Shown: positions 19,620 to 33,387 of the stretch, piece after piece
Layout: each line of letters begins with the position of its first letter
Numbering within the stretch: the stretch's first letter is position 1
NCBI GenBank assembly: GCA_043228905.1
Contig: JBHGNT010000001.1
Location: forward strand, 36,146,001-36,210,000
Source: Azolla caroliniana
Taxonomy: Eukaryota > Plantae > Polypodiophyta
DNA: 64,000 nt
Direction: 5' to 3'
Made by a program: the position numbers and the translations under genes
The notes under the pieces: generated by a model
The model's input: the letters and a program-made list of their open reading frames with translations, nothing else
What the model was told of the DNA's origin: nothing
Database searches by the model: none

Positions 19620-20125
19620 TAGACAGTTGGTGATGTGCCTTGTCTTGGACTCCGAAATGGCTTCCGGTTCGTAGAACCAGAAGAATGCATCAGAAAATGT
19701 TGACAACACTGTAGATTAACAGTTGTATTGACTAATCAAAATAAGACAGTTAATCTTGATCTCAAGTAAGATGAATCAGCCTTGATTAAGATTAATCATC
19801 GAAAGGCCCAGTCAAATAAAACATAGTTCTTGACCTAGGCTTAGACTTCAAAAATGGCATCCATTTTAAATGATTGTCTCAACATAAGATAGCTGGTCTT
19901 GACATTGGATAAGATTAATCAACCTTGATTAAAATCAATTATTGCCATGGACCATTCAAATAATCTTGACATTGGCTTGGACTTCAAAAATGGCATCCAT
20001 TTCAAACGATAATATCAACATAAGACAGTTGGTCTTGACCTTGGATAAGGATTAATCAACCTTGAGGAAGATTAATCATTGCTATGGACAAATCAAAATA
20101 ATGCTGACTTTGTCTTGGACCCCAA
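19620..20125. repeat. Degenerate tandem repeat of about 120-140 bp (3-4 copies)
   Basis: Recurrent agacagttggtcttgac / gattaatcaaccttga / ttggacttcaaaaatggcatcc blocks. Confidence 0.65.
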
Positions 20126-21166
20126 CAATAGCATCCAACCCAATTAAAACAAGAGAAAACTGAATCAGAAAATGTTGTGAAAAAACATTTGTTGCTCAAA
20201 CAAATTCTATGCATGGAATCAATGAATATAAATAACATGCAGCAAACTGAAGAATTCTCAGCTGGCACAGATTGGTTGCATACAGTATGTTTGGAAAAAG
20301 AAGAAATTCTTGCGAACAGAAAAAAAAAATGGACAGTAACAGTGAACTCTTTCTTAGGAGTACCAAATCAAACTTTTCCTATTTGATCACAAACCTCTCC
20401 TCTACATACATGCATCTTAAGACACCTTGCTTCTATAGATAAACCATGAGAAGCCGCCATGTCATCCAATAAATTTTGAATGACGAATTTGTGCAGCACA
20501 TACAACAGGCAAGTGACAAAAGTACCCTATTTTAGGAAGTGAAACTGTATACAGTGATAAAAATAAGGTATCTACCAAAACATAATTTGTATTTACCAAA
20601 AGACAAACCATTTGATGCACTTACATAGGAAATGCAAATAAGTAGTACCATTCAAAAATAAATAATACAATACCTGGGCAAATGTACCCTCTTTTAATTA
20701 TGACCAAAGAGCAAACTGTTAATAGACAGAATTTTCAGTTATCCGATCAAGGTACCAATTTCACAAAGCCCATTCACCACCATATGGTATTTATCAAAAT
20801 CATATCAATTTTGCTTTTATCTTATACTTTAATCAGCGTCTTTTAAAAGCTCATGCATTTTGGCTTCTATAGAATACCCATTTCATACCCTTATAGCAAA
20901 TTGTTAACAAGTAGTATCATTTGATAAGAAAATAGTGCAGTAAACAAGATAGAGTGGATAAAGCGGCCCCATTTCAAGAATAACCGAACTGGAACCATCG
21001 TATGGTGCTGAACAAAGGGCTTTCCAGTGGTGTCAAGAGACAAGGTGTACAATTTCGAACCACTCTTCTCACATGCCATCTAAGAAGAGATGTATCTTGG
21101 TGATATTAACCAGAGATGTTGTTGAACAGAGAGAGAAAGAGAACACACTTACCTTCAAGAGTAGTT

Positions 21167-21502
21167 TCACTTTTTGAGACTTCCACGAATTCCAGGCTTT
21201 GGAACTGGTGCTGATGCTGATGCTGATGCTACTGAAGTTGAAGCAGAAGCATGGAGGTTGATGACTTTATCTTCTTCAAAAGGTAGTTTTGGATGTTTGG
21301 AATCATGGTGGATATTCATACTCTTAACATCAGGTGCTGTGGCTTTGCAAATCGGGCACGCAAACTTGGCATGACCTCCTTTATCACCGCCTGTCCGATC
21401 AACTAGACCAGCTTTCCCACCACCCCTGTTTGTAGTGGCGGCATCAATCTTAGCAGCTATCTCCTTTGCAGTGTGCTTCTTGGGCTTAGCTTTACCTGTC
21501 AT
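21167..21502 (-). CDS. MBS1: METHYLENE BLUE SENSITIVITY 1-like small C2H2 zinc-finger protein (111 aa)
   Basis: MTGKAKPKKHTAKE..TNRGGGKAG..GGHAKFACPICK..HHDSKHP..PKPGIRGSLKK matches the MBS family. The CDS is intronless; a probable 5'UTR intron spans 21523-22443. Confidence 0.92.
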   Translation of the reverse strand: MTGKAKPKKHTAKEIAAKIDAATTNRGGGKAGLVDRTGGDKGGHAKFACPICKATAPDVKSMNIHHDSKHPKLPFEEDKVINLHASASTSVASASASAPVPKPGIRGSLKK

Positions 21503-22728
21503 CGTGGAGAATCCCTAAAAACCTAAAGATGAAAGAAAATGTATTGGATTGAGCACATATGAGTCAAAGAACTCTATTTATCTAGAAATTTCATATCCAC
21601 GTTAGTCGTCTCTATATCTCTTGAAAAAAAAACATGTATAGAAACAGAATGCAGGTAACCAAATAGTATTCAAGATATCGCATTTAAAAGCTTCTTCTAT
21701 ATCTCTCGCTAGTACTAAAACACAAAGAAGGATAGGTTTCAAAGCGCTCCATTTATCCCTTCAATTCTGTGTTTTCTACTTCTATATCTCTCTCTGGAAT
21801 ACATAACGAGAAAAGGTATTCATTCAATTCAGCAGCTAGGATTTAAAGCAGTCCGTTTATATGTAGAATACTACGCGTGTTCCTTTTGTATCCTCAATAG
21901 ACAGAGAATCATTAGAACACGCGTGACCTGGGAAGAAGATATAAAAAGACATTACCGAGATAGGCATTACTTTCCATCGCAAATGAATACAAAAGAGAAA
22001 ATAATATACTTAGAATCAATAATCACACGGGCGGAACTTTGTCCCACGAGAAAACTTCAGAAAGAACCACCAGAAAGCAGACATAACGATCCCGTCTGGG
22101 AGAGTCGAAAAAGAAACAGAGGAATAACTGAGTGATGGAAAAAAATTCCGATGTTCAAAGCTATTACCCGAGACAGACGCAGTACCCCGTGAAACAAGAA
22201 TCAAACACGCGAATTTGATACCGACGTCAATCTAGCATAGAAGAATGAAAAGAAAGGAACGGGACACAGACAGAGAATGCGGACCCTATGATTACAGTGC
22301 GACATGTAGAACGATCCAGTTAGGGCAAGCATACAGTAAAACAGTACAAAGATGAAGAGGACGACGGGGAAGAAAGGGAGGAACGAGGAAAACAAAGAGA
22401 AGAAACAGAGAGAAGGGAAGGAAGGAAGGAGCGTTGGAAGAACCTGTGTCGTGCCGGCGCAGGAGGATGGAAACAATGGAAGGAAGGGGTTGGAGAAATG
22501 GGAGTCGTCGTCTGTTTGCTGTGTGGATCTGTGCGTGCAACCTGCTACCTGCTAACCCTAGGGCACCGCCACTTCTCTGTCTGTGTATTGACTGTGTTGT
22601 GTGTGGGTGTGGGTGTCCACAAGAAACCATCCATCCGGCCACACATAGCACAACACGAGACAAATCCTCCGGCCGCACACACAGTCCGAGAGCAACCACT
22701 AAATTTAGAACCCATCTTCTAGTTCCGG

Positions 22729-22749
22729 TTTAGGGTTTAGGGTTTAGGG
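22729..22749 (+). promoter_or_regulatory. (TTTAGGG)3 telomeric repeat / triple telo-box upstream of the MBS1-like gene
   Basis: Three perfect plant telomere units (AAACCCTA on the gene strand), about 290 bp upstream of the predicted first 5'UTR donor. Confidence 0.7.
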
Positions 22750-23037
22750 CTTCTCTCGACCACCCACTGGACATGACAAACAAATCTCAAACGCAACATG
22801 TATCGTGCAAGCGCACTAATCAGCCCGTGCTCAAGTACATGCATAGCTCTTGTCCATCTATGATTGAAGCTTTCCGATTTGTGTGCAATAAATGCGCACA
22901 TTTGAGTATATACCTAAAAGGCAATATTTTCTCTAGCTACTCCTCTCTAGACCTTCCTCTATATTTTACTAGTATGTATGTATGATATGAATCTCCTTCT
23001 ACTCCGATTTCGACCACTAATAGTTGTAAGCATAGAT

Positions 23038-23390
23038 AGATAACACCTTGGTCGTAGGAGTCGACAACTACTCCACTCAAACCGGATCTAAGCTGTTTAA
23101 ATGGTTTGATGATTTCGGGGGGGTTCAGCTCGGCTCAATTCAATGTTGAACTTCCTTAATTGACTTGAGCTCAGTGTGATTCCACTTGAGCCCTACCAAA
23201 TCAGTCCCCATACCGGCATAGGCTTAATCGGTTTGGCCCAAATCGGTTTAGGGATTAGTTCGGTTCAACTCAAATTTGATAAACACAAAACCAATCAAGG
23301 CTTAATCGTTCGGTCCAAACCAAGCCAATTAAGCTGAAACTGAACCATTTCTAATTCACATGGATAACACCTTGACGTAGGTCATCGACT
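23038..23390. mobile_element. Possible MITE / non-autonomous DNA transposon relic
   Basis: Dense aaccg/cggtt/aaacc motifs in both orientations, bracketed by a direct repeat (gataacaccttg..cgtagg at about 23038 and 23363). No clear TIR. Confidence 0.3.
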
Positions 23391-25801
23391 TTTGTTAGTC
23401 TAATTCATATCACCTGGCATTGGTGTTCGTGGATCAAATACTCTATTGTATGCACATTGACAGGTATGAGCCAAGGTCCCTTTAGCCTAGGCTCCCATTA
23501 GTGCGTTCTTCCATTTGAAATTTATCATTCTTTGCAATTTATATAAATCCATTTTGAAGTAAAGGAGAAGACCACGTATGATAGACGGTCTCTTGTTAAA
23601 AACATGCATGTGTGCTAGAATAGGCACTATGGAAATCATAGAACAATTATTTCCTAGGTGGATTGTGGGTCTAGTCATCTTGCGTGTGGAGAGGTTCCTT
23701 AATCAAATTATCTATACAAGCTAACAATGAATTCTTGGATTGTTTAAGTTTTTGATAAAGTCTTATGAGAATCTTTCATATTCTTGTGAAACTAGTTTGT
23801 CCTTATCCACAACTCATTTGACGATTTGTAAATAGCTTACCTAATCCTTCGTGGAGTTCTCCATTATTTCCTTTGATATCATACACCTTATGAGATGCCC
23901 TTTGTGATGAACTATGGATCATCTATAAGTTAAGTTGTGCATGTTGGGGTGGGGAAAACGTTGTCAAGGTTTCCACCTCTATGATTTTCCTTGTGATGCT
24001 AGATCATTGTTCATTTACGAAAGAAAATCACCACTTCTTTGTAATGCTTCCACGCATACTATGCAATGACTTATTGAAATCCTTTGCTTGACACAACATG
24101 TCTAATGTGTAGAATGAAATGCCAAAAGCGTTGTCTTACATGGTGCATTATGTACAATCACCATGTTTTGGTATACTTTCACACCATTCATCACTGTTTA
24201 CAATACAAATAATATGCAAAAGCGAATCAATAATACCATAGAAACTATTGTCTTCATCTTCATCTCTCCACTTATGTGTACTTCTTACATGTCATTAATG
24301 TTGTACTAGGAACTAGTGCATGTTATCTTTTAATCCACACATTATGTTTTCCATATTGATTTCAAAATGCAAGAAAATAACGTAGTCCTTAGGCTCTCTA
24401 CATTATATCATGAAATGTAACCTTGAAGGATTACCTAGTTACGAAACCACAAAACAATTTACATAAAAAGAACGTCCAAACCACATCCATTGAGTGATTT
24501 CTTCCAAAACAAGCACGGCGAGGTACAACCACCATGAAACTATTTGTCCCATACTCTCCTATCTCATCACAACCAGTCCATCCTAGCCTCATGGGATGTT
24601 CGCGACATAACTAGTGATGGCCATCACAAAACTCCTTATCTTACCTATCATTTGTGACCCAAACGTCTAATCTATTCACGCACACCTAAACCAAACAAAC
24701 TCTTCTTGAATTTCTAGGCATCCTAAATCATGTACATCTAATACATAGCATTTCTTCTACTTGAAAGTGCTTAAATCCCTTGATAGATTTGATACATAGA
24801 TTTCGCATTGATTGTAGTTCCAATCAAATATATTCCACATACACTCCTTGATGCCTCAACCATTCTACATGTTATCTTAAACATCTACTTCTACATGTCA
24901 AAGTCTTAACTGCACAATATTTTACTTACATGCGTATGGACATATATTTCAAAATTTCAATATATACCTCAACATTGGAATAAATGATGACGTTAGTCCT
25001 TTACATGTATAGTCGTATGTGCCACCAAGATTTCCCTCCCCGCTACTTTGTGAGACAGTAAACCATAAAGAAAAAGAATTTCGGATGCAATGTCTCGGCT
25101 TTGGGGATGGTTTTCTATATACTTCAAATCACTGTGAAATTCTTCAATCAAAAAACTGATGTAAAAATTCTTTACTGAAAAAATCAGTAAGCGGAATACA
25201 AGGAGAGTTTGCATCAGTGGGAATGGAATGAATTTAAAGGTTGAGCAAAAAGAAAGGCTGAAAGAATTTTCAATGAGCAGTGCCATATATTAGGGAAGAA
25301 AAAACATCAGTAAGCTATTCTAGGAAATAAGACAGTTATCTGACTACCTCTATGACTCTTAGAAACAAGACAAATCTGTGTAAAAGAGAGATGGAGAAAT
25401 CTGGTAAACCAATCTACATTATCGACCACCATCAAGAGAGAGTTTACGAAATACCCTGGCATGTTCCATAATAACAGAATCCCCAAACATGGGACGCTCA
25501 CAAACCCACAGACCTTTCAGTTCAAAGCATTCCAAATATAGAGAGAACTTCACATTATGCAACTTGATTCAGCATGTTAGTATGTTTATCAAATGCCTAA
25601 AATTAACAGATAATACTAATGGTCCATAATAATAAGATCCCAAACATAGGTAAGACAATCCAAACCTACTCACATTTCAGTCCATACAAAGGAAAATACA
25701 AATAGAAGCTGGTGTTAGTAGAACTGGATTTGGCATCTTACTATAGTCTTGAAGCATCCTCTTCAAGCTAGTCTCGAAGCATTGCACTCAAAAAACATTG
25801 T

Positions 25802-28275
25802 TCAGTCCTCTTCTTTTTCAGGTGGACAGCCACAGGGCAAAAGCATCCTCTGCAATTTGAAAATAAATATATTTAATACATTTGTAATATGCTTTCCCTT
25901 TTCTTGCAGGGATACGCACGCACACACAAATATGAAACACAAATATAACAAGAAGTTATATTTGAGCTATAAGGAAACCTATGATTAAATAGTTACCTGC
26001 ATGAAGGCATAGCGTTCCCTTCCAATCGATTCATTTTCTGCAACGGCAAAGTAGGCAAGGAGAGGATCGTGACCAATGTAAGATGCGTAACTATCCCTCT
26101 GAATGTTTACTGCCCATTCACTAAAACCACAACAAACAAGGAAATTACTATAGCTATGCAAAACTACAAAACAACCAACCGATATAAAAATCATTTATTG
26201 ATAGCACATGCTCAGGTTTTAAAGGCGAGACTTTCAAAACTTGTAACCAATTTCTTTAAATTTTTCCTAATACATCAAGTTGCCCAAGGTAAAACAGTCA
26301 CAGACTATTCCATTCCTATTTCACGTATGAGATTATTGACTAAAATCATTGGGATAAATTAAATTTTAATTGCGATCTAAATTATGGTAAAATGATCGAT
26401 TTTTAGACTGTCTATACTCAATAGTCTCCTGGAGAATTTATAGGTCTGCAATTAAATTTAGCAGGTTACTTTAATCATACCCAGGATTTACAGTGGATCA
26501 CGTCTAATTACTAATTTAAGTGGCACTATCATTATAATTGTGGTTATCCAACAGCTTTTTTTCAAAATTTCCACCTTAAACAATATCAAAGTCAAATGCA
26601 AATAACAATCAGGTTTGCGAACTCTTTCTCTAAATATTCAACTTCATGGTTGCAAAGCTGACATCTGTGGTGCTCAATAGTTATATGTGCATATCGTCCA
26701 AATTTTATTCTCTTTCCATGACATCATGATGTCTACACCAACTGTATCATTGTGCAATGAGCATCTGACATGAGTGTCTCCATGCATTTGATCTAAATAA
26801 TTATACCATTTATGAACATACATAAGAAGAGGTTACAAATGGCAACATTTGTGCCTACCTACGGTCTTGGATTCATCGAAGTTCATGAAGTGTCTACAAT
26901 AATGATTTATGTCATTATCACTTTGTTTCTCTCTAAATTAGTCGTATGAATTCTAAGCCAGTGAGAATGAATCCATGTACTTGGAAATAACATTTAAGGC
27001 TTGAAAAACTGTCTCTGTGACTAATGGAGCCTACTCTTAAGTCCTCTTTAACTATCACATGTCATATTGACGTTTTTCTCCTTATCAGGCGGATAATCCT
27101 TGTATCTAGTGGCAGAAAACGGGCCCAGAAGAACTCCCACTCAGAAACCCTAATATCCCAAATTACAAAGATTCTGAGGACATCTCAGCCCCTATCATTT
27201 AGATTATCGCAGACCAACCTACAATACTAAGCAAAAATCTCAAATATTTGAAACCTGTAAACAATTTATTAAAAACACTAATTTCTGAATCTGGATATCA
27301 CAGATAAAAAAATGTTAATTTCTTATTATATACATAAGAGATAGAAACGCTAATGTCTGACCAGCCAACGATCACCATCAATCCTACTAAGTATGACAGG
27401 GATTAGCTTTCTCTACAAATAATATTTGTTAGCTTCAAAATAATGACCAATTGAAACCTTAAACTCAAACATTAAAACTTTGAAAAATAGTAGTTAGAAT
27501 GATCTTACCCTTCTCTAAACCATGCACTAATGGTGTCCCCACTTGGCTAGGTTACTTACATAGCATATATAACAACTATATGGCTCTACTTATCAATAGA
27601 AATTGTGACATGTAATAACTATATGGATCTACTTATCAATAGAATTTGTTTGCAGCCTCTCTCCTTATACAGTGTTTACATTCACTCTATTTCCAATGAT
27701 TGAAGACTTCACAATTATCTGAAGAGTATAGAAACCCATCTCCAACAAAGCCTAATTTTTCCGTGACATGATACCTAAGTTCTCCTTAACCTCGTCCAAT
27801 TTGCAAGAAGAAAAATTTCCCCTTAGGAGGTTCATAAGGGAAACAATGGTGATGGTGTTCCTCTTTGTTTCTCTCAAGAATATGTTGCTCTAGTTTTACC
27901 CTTTGCTGTCAACCATGTACAGCCATGACCACTGGATTTCCTTCTTATCCCGTGTTTAGATATGTTCTCCATTTACATCCTCTCCTATTGACGTTTTAGG
28001 TCAATGGGTCTTATAGATCAAACGTTTGACATGGCCAATTCAGATCAGAAATTGGCCAAGATATGGGTATTTTATTTTGAAGCAGGGCGAAGAGAGAGAA
28101 TAAGACTTACAATCTGTTTAAGTCGGCATGGCCGGTTCCGACGTATTTGGCTTGAAGATGCTCGAGCTGGGAGTTGATGTTAAACCTGTCGCTGGCCTGC
28201 AAAATCAATCCCGTGAAGAGGAGATTGAGAAGTAACAAACAGAAAATGAGACACAACATGTGTGTTTACCTGCAT
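25802..28275 (-). CDS. SF3B5: Splicing factor 3B subunit 5 (SF3b10), 87 aa (exons 28270-28275, 28111-28196, 25997-26120, 25802-25849)
   Basis: MQ/ASDRFNINSQLEHLQAKYVGTGHADLNRF/EWAVNIQRDSYASYIGH..AENESIGRERY..MQ/RMLLPCGCPPEKEED*; 264 nt in frame, GT-AG introns. Confidence 0.96.
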
Positions 28276-30020
28276 GTTGAAGAAAGAACAGTGCCCCGCG
28301 AGAAACAGAGACAGAGAGATGGACAACTAATAGAGGCCAAAATGCAGGCTATGCATACATATATGTACTGTACTGTATGTGGTATGTATAAGAGCCCTCC
28401 CTCCCTATAGCCTATAGGGTGGGTTTCCTCGTGGACCCAAAGACAATGTACAAACATGACGCCCCATTGGTGTCCCATGCCATCGAAAATGATCATTGAT
28501 CGTATAATGTATTATGTACCTCGGAGTCAAGGTGAATAGGAACCCAAAATAGTGAGAGATTTGCCTCGCCAATAGATAGTCCCCTTTACATACCTCAATT
28601 CCTTAGGCTCCACGTATCACACATGTCGTCACGAGCCATTACGGGTTTGTCCTAAATCTAAGATAACTGATTTCCCACGTATCGTACCCATAAACTTTTT
28701 ATTATGAGTAGTATTGGCAAGTAATGCACCATTTTTGTTAGTTGGCATTTGACCATTAGAGTGAGGAAGTTATTAAATTAGAATCGTTTTTAATATGATG
28801 ATTATGCAAATATAAATAACCATGCACATTTACTCCATTTATCAAGTATTTGGTTAAAATGTTCATAAAGTTTTGCACTCAAGGGCCCTTAGATGAAGTC
28901 TAATGAGAACCATAGGGTGCTATCAAGGATTATCCACTCAACTTCGATATTTTACCAATACCACATTGCCAATACATTTGGATGGCATAGTAGATCTAGG
29001 TCTTCCAGTTTCACACAAAACATAACACTTGTATGATAGTTTTCAAAATATGTTGGATTGTATGTTTGAATTAATGTGCATGAATTTATTCGTGCTTACC
29101 CAAGATGAATGTGGGGATGTCCTCAAGGCTTAACACATCCACACTCCCCAACATTATATGTGGATGCATGGATGTCATCATTTTGCTGACAATAGCATTC
29201 CTCCTAGTTTGTTATTAAAGATATAGATATTATAAATGTATGCTTGAATGTACATGGCAATAATCATACACAAGACAACCATAGCTTGCATTCGTGAACA
29301 ATGCATACATCCTCTATATTATTCATATGCAATGTTGATACCCCTCATCATATGAGAGTGTAGGTACGTGTACATATATGCTGACATTTGATTATAAGGG
29401 AAATGAAATGAATTGCTTAAATGAAAGTTAATATGGTCAGGGATAGATCGACTTACTTGCAATATAAGTGTTTGTTTGCAATTCAATTCAATCCCGTTGT
29501 ATCTCAATGATTAAGGATACTAATATAATCTAAAACATTATATATCAAGACGAATACGCTAGTGTACACCCTAGAGATATTTCATGCCCTTTAATCATGT
29601 GATTTGAGAGCCTTGATTGCCACTAACCACGTATTCACAAATAAATAGATAGCATCGACTTGTAGTTTTTGCAACATATATATTCACATATTTGGGTAAT
29701 TATTCAACAATTACATCTGATAAATGTATCAATTCTCATATATTTCATGGACACGTTCGACGCACACATAGTAGTAATGTCACAACATTTCTTTCATCTA
29801 TTTGAGAACACAAACTAAAAGAAAGATTTGACGAGTGGTAAAAGGGTTGTCCGGTGAGGGTTGGAAGGTAAGGCGATAGGCCATCCCAAACAATTGGAAA
29901 GGTTGTCCGGCGGGAGGCCTAGAAGGTGTGGGTCATATGTGTTGATATAGCAATAGTCTGATTCATCCCATCCATGTTGTCACCACATCTCGCTGCCGTG
30001 GGGGAGGGCCGGGATCTAAG

Positions 30021-30029
30021 GGGGGGGGG

Positions 30030-30060
<31 letters not shown>

Positions 30061-30108
30061 CAAGTATTTGTTGGACACGAGACTCTCTCTCTCTCTCTCT
30101 CTCTCTCT
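30021..30108. repeat. G-run plus (GA)n and inverted (CT)n microsatellites in the HSP70 promoter
   Basis: G-run, (GA)~14 at 30032-30060, 22-nt spacer, (CT)~13 at 30083-30108. Confidence 0.9.
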
Positions 30109-30162
30109 CAGCCGTTAATCCAACGGTCAAGAGGGCCTCCGATCCTGGCCGTCGGATCAAAT

Positions 30163-30177
30163 AGAAGCTTCTCGAAG
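30163..30177 (+). promoter_or_regulatory. Perfect three-unit heat shock element
   Basis: aGAAg-cTTCt-cGAAg (nGAAn nTTCn nGAAn), about 150 bp upstream of the HSP70 ATG and followed by an AATAAAAA TATA-like box. Confidence 0.8.
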
Positions 30178-30322
30178 CCTTGACTGACAATAAAAAGAGA
30201 GAGACAGCCCTAATTTCCAGATCTGAAACTTCAGTCTTGCTTCCCCTTCTCTCTTCGTTTTGCGCTCAGTTAGGGTTTGTGCTACACTCTCTGGGTGGTT
30301 TTGTCTGCTTCATTTGCTCGCC

Positions 30323-32617
30323 ATGGCCAAGGACGGGCCTGCTATCGGTATCGACCTTGGTACTACTTACTCCTGCGTTGGTGTGTGGCAACATGATCGT
30401 GTTGAGATCATTGCGAATGACCAGGGTAACCGCACCACGCCCTCTTACGTTGCCTTCACTGACACTGAGCGTCTTATTGGTGATGCGGCCAAGAACCAAG
30501 TCGCCATGAACCCTATCAATACAGTTTTCGGTAAGTTTTCTGTTGTTTGATATGCTTCTAAGCACTCAACTTTGTCACCGAGTTGTTTAACATAAGTTCA
30601 TGAAGCATTTCGTAGAGTTGTGATCTAGATCTATCTGATATCTAGATTCTCTGAACCGTTTTATACTTGCATATTTTACCTAGTCCGTGTGATCTACTGG
30701 TCGTATTCTCTTTGACACTGTGTATTGTATGGTTCTCGAAATAACCTATGCTGGGAAGACAAAACGTATTCTTATTTTTTATAATCATCTAGACACGATT
30801 TGTAATGGCCTTGAACTTCATTTTTAGTGCCTTCACTTATCTTGTTGCAACATTTTTCTGTTTTTACAGATGCCAAGCGTCTTATTGGTCGCAGATTTTC
30901 TGATTCTTCTGTCCAGAGTGACATCAAGCTGTGGCCTTTCAAGGTTACTTCTGGACCCGGTGAAAAGCCTATGATCACCGTACAGTATAAGGGAGAGGAG
31001 AAGCAGTTTGCAGCTGAAGAGGTGTCTTCTATGGTTCTTGTGAAAATGAAAGAGATTGCTGAGGCTTTTCTTGGTAATACTGTCAAGAATGCTGTGGTCA
31101 CCGTGCCTGCTTACTTTAATGACTCTCAGAGACAAGCCACAAAAGATGCTGGTGTGATTTCTGGTCTAAATGTGATGAGAATTATAAACGAACCAACTGC
31201 TGCAGCTATTGCGTATGGTCTGGACAAGAAGGCTACCAGTGTGGGTGAGAAGAACGTGCTTATCTTTGACCTTGGCGGTGGAACTTTTGATGTCTCACTG
31301 CTTACAATTGAAGAAGGAATCTTTGAGGTAAAGGCAACTGCTGGTGATACTCACTTAGGGGGTGAAGATTTTGATAACAGAATGGTGAACCATTTTGTAC
31401 AAGAGTTTAAAAGGAAGTATAAGAAGGACATAACTGGTAATGCTCGAGCTCTGAGAAGGCTAAGAACATCATGCGAAAGAGCAAAGAGGACTCTCTCATC
31501 CACTGCACAAACAACCATTGAAATTGATTCACTATATGAAGGAATTGATTTCTATTCCACTATCACCAGAGCCAGATTTGAGGAGCTGAACATGGATCTC
31601 TTCAGGAAGTGCATGGAGCCAGTGGAGAAGTGCTTGCGTGATGCAAAGATGGACAAGAGCAGCATCCATGATGTTGTGCTTGTGGGAGGGTCTACCAGGA
31701 TTCCTAAGGTGCAACAGCTGCTGCAAGATTTCTTCAATGGCAAGGAATTGTGTAAGAGCATCAATCCTGATGAAGCAGTTGCTTATGGTGCTGCCGTTCA
31801 GGCAGCCATATTGAGTGGTGAAGGAAATGAAAAGGTACAAGACCTTTTGTTACTTGATGTTGCTCCATTGTCCCTTGGTCTTGAAACTGCTGGAGGAGTG
31901 ATGACAGTTCTCATTCCCCGTAACACGACAATTCCAACCAAGAAGGAGCAAGTCTTCTCTACCTACTCCGATAATCAACCTGGTGTGTTGATCCAAGTTT
32001 ATGAAGGTGAGAGAACACGTACTCGTGATAACAATTTGCTAGGAAAGTTTGAGCTATCTGGGATTCCTCCTGCCCCCAGGGGAGTTCCCCAGATCACGGT
32101 TTGCTTTGACATTGATGCCAATGGCATCCTAAATGTCTCTGCTGAAGACAAGACCACTGGACAGAAGAACAAGATCACTATCACAAACGACAAGGGAAGA
32201 TTGAGCAAGGAAGAAATTGAGAAGATGGTTCAAGATGCAGAAAAATACAAAACTGAAGATGAAGATCATAAGAAGAAAGTGGAGTCAAAGAACAGTCTCG
32301 AAAACTATGCATACAACATGAGGAATACCATCCGTGATGACAAGATAGCGGGGAAGCTGAGTGAAGAAGACAAGAAGAAGATCGAGGATGCTGTGGAGCA
32401 AGCCATCCAATGGTTGGATCATAACCAGTTGGCTGAGTCTGATGAGTTTGATGACAAGATGAAGGAGCTGGAGAGTGTCTGCAATCCAATTATTGCAAGG
32501 ATGTATCAAGGTGGAGCCGGTGATGTGCCTCCTGGTGCTTATGGTGCTGGTGGAGATGGTGTACCTGGAGGTGCTTCTGCAGGGGGACCAGGGCCAACAA
32601 TTGAAGAGGTCGATTAA
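30323..32617 (+). CDS. HSP70: Cytosolic heat shock 70 kDa protein, 651 aa (exons 30323-30530, 30870-32617)
   Basis: [34 protein letters not shown] motifs and C-terminal GPTIEEVD; single intron at the NTVF/D position. Confidence 0.98.
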
Positions 32618-33387
32618 AAGATGGAATTTAGTTTATTTTCCTGAGAAGAATCTAAACGCTTAAATAAATTCGGTTTTGTATTTTTTTTGTTCTGATTGAT
32701 TAATTTTGTGAGACCGAGGCGAGGAATTATTATCAATTGTATCCAGTAACCAGTTATTTTTAAAATTCTCTGGTTGGCAATACGGCAGGTTATTCTGCAC
32801 ATGTTAAGCTACTTTGAAATTATTTAGAGTTGCTCTTTATAATCATTCAAATTTGGAAAATTTGGGATCTGATTCGATAGTTAGCACAAACTAACGAAAA
32901 TCACTGTTTGAAATTTCTATGATCTTTGATTCTGTCACTGGGTATAATTGATCAATGCTTTTGGATGTTCTTATCATTTCAATCAATGGACACACACAGT
33001 TTTGTAGCAATGGCAGTGTTGTTTGTATCACTATGGGCTTAAGATCTTGTGGGTTTTGCAAGATCTGAGTGGCTTGAGCATGGATGTTTTCTGATAGATG
33101 TGTTATTCTCCCTCAACTCATAAGTGGCTCGCAAGGGATAATTTAGTAATTATAAATATGCTTATTTATGTCTTTTTATACAAGTAGCTAGCCAAACCAC
33201 CAACCATGTCTCTTCTTTGAGAAATGCAATCGGGTATGGATTATACTTATTTATGTCTTTTTTAATTCAAGTGGCCAGCCAAACCACGAACAATGTAATG
33301 TCTCTTCTTTGAGAGATGCAATCGTGTATGACATAAGTATATCCTACTAGAAAGGAAACAAATAATGGCAAAATTAAAACAGAGCAT

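Noticed and set aside
22729-22749. Chromosome end or fusion scar
   Set aside because: Only three telomere units in a promoter position; better explained as telo-boxes.
30531-30869. snoRNA cluster in the HSP70 intron
   Set aside because: No convincing box C (RTGATGA) paired with a terminal box D was seen.
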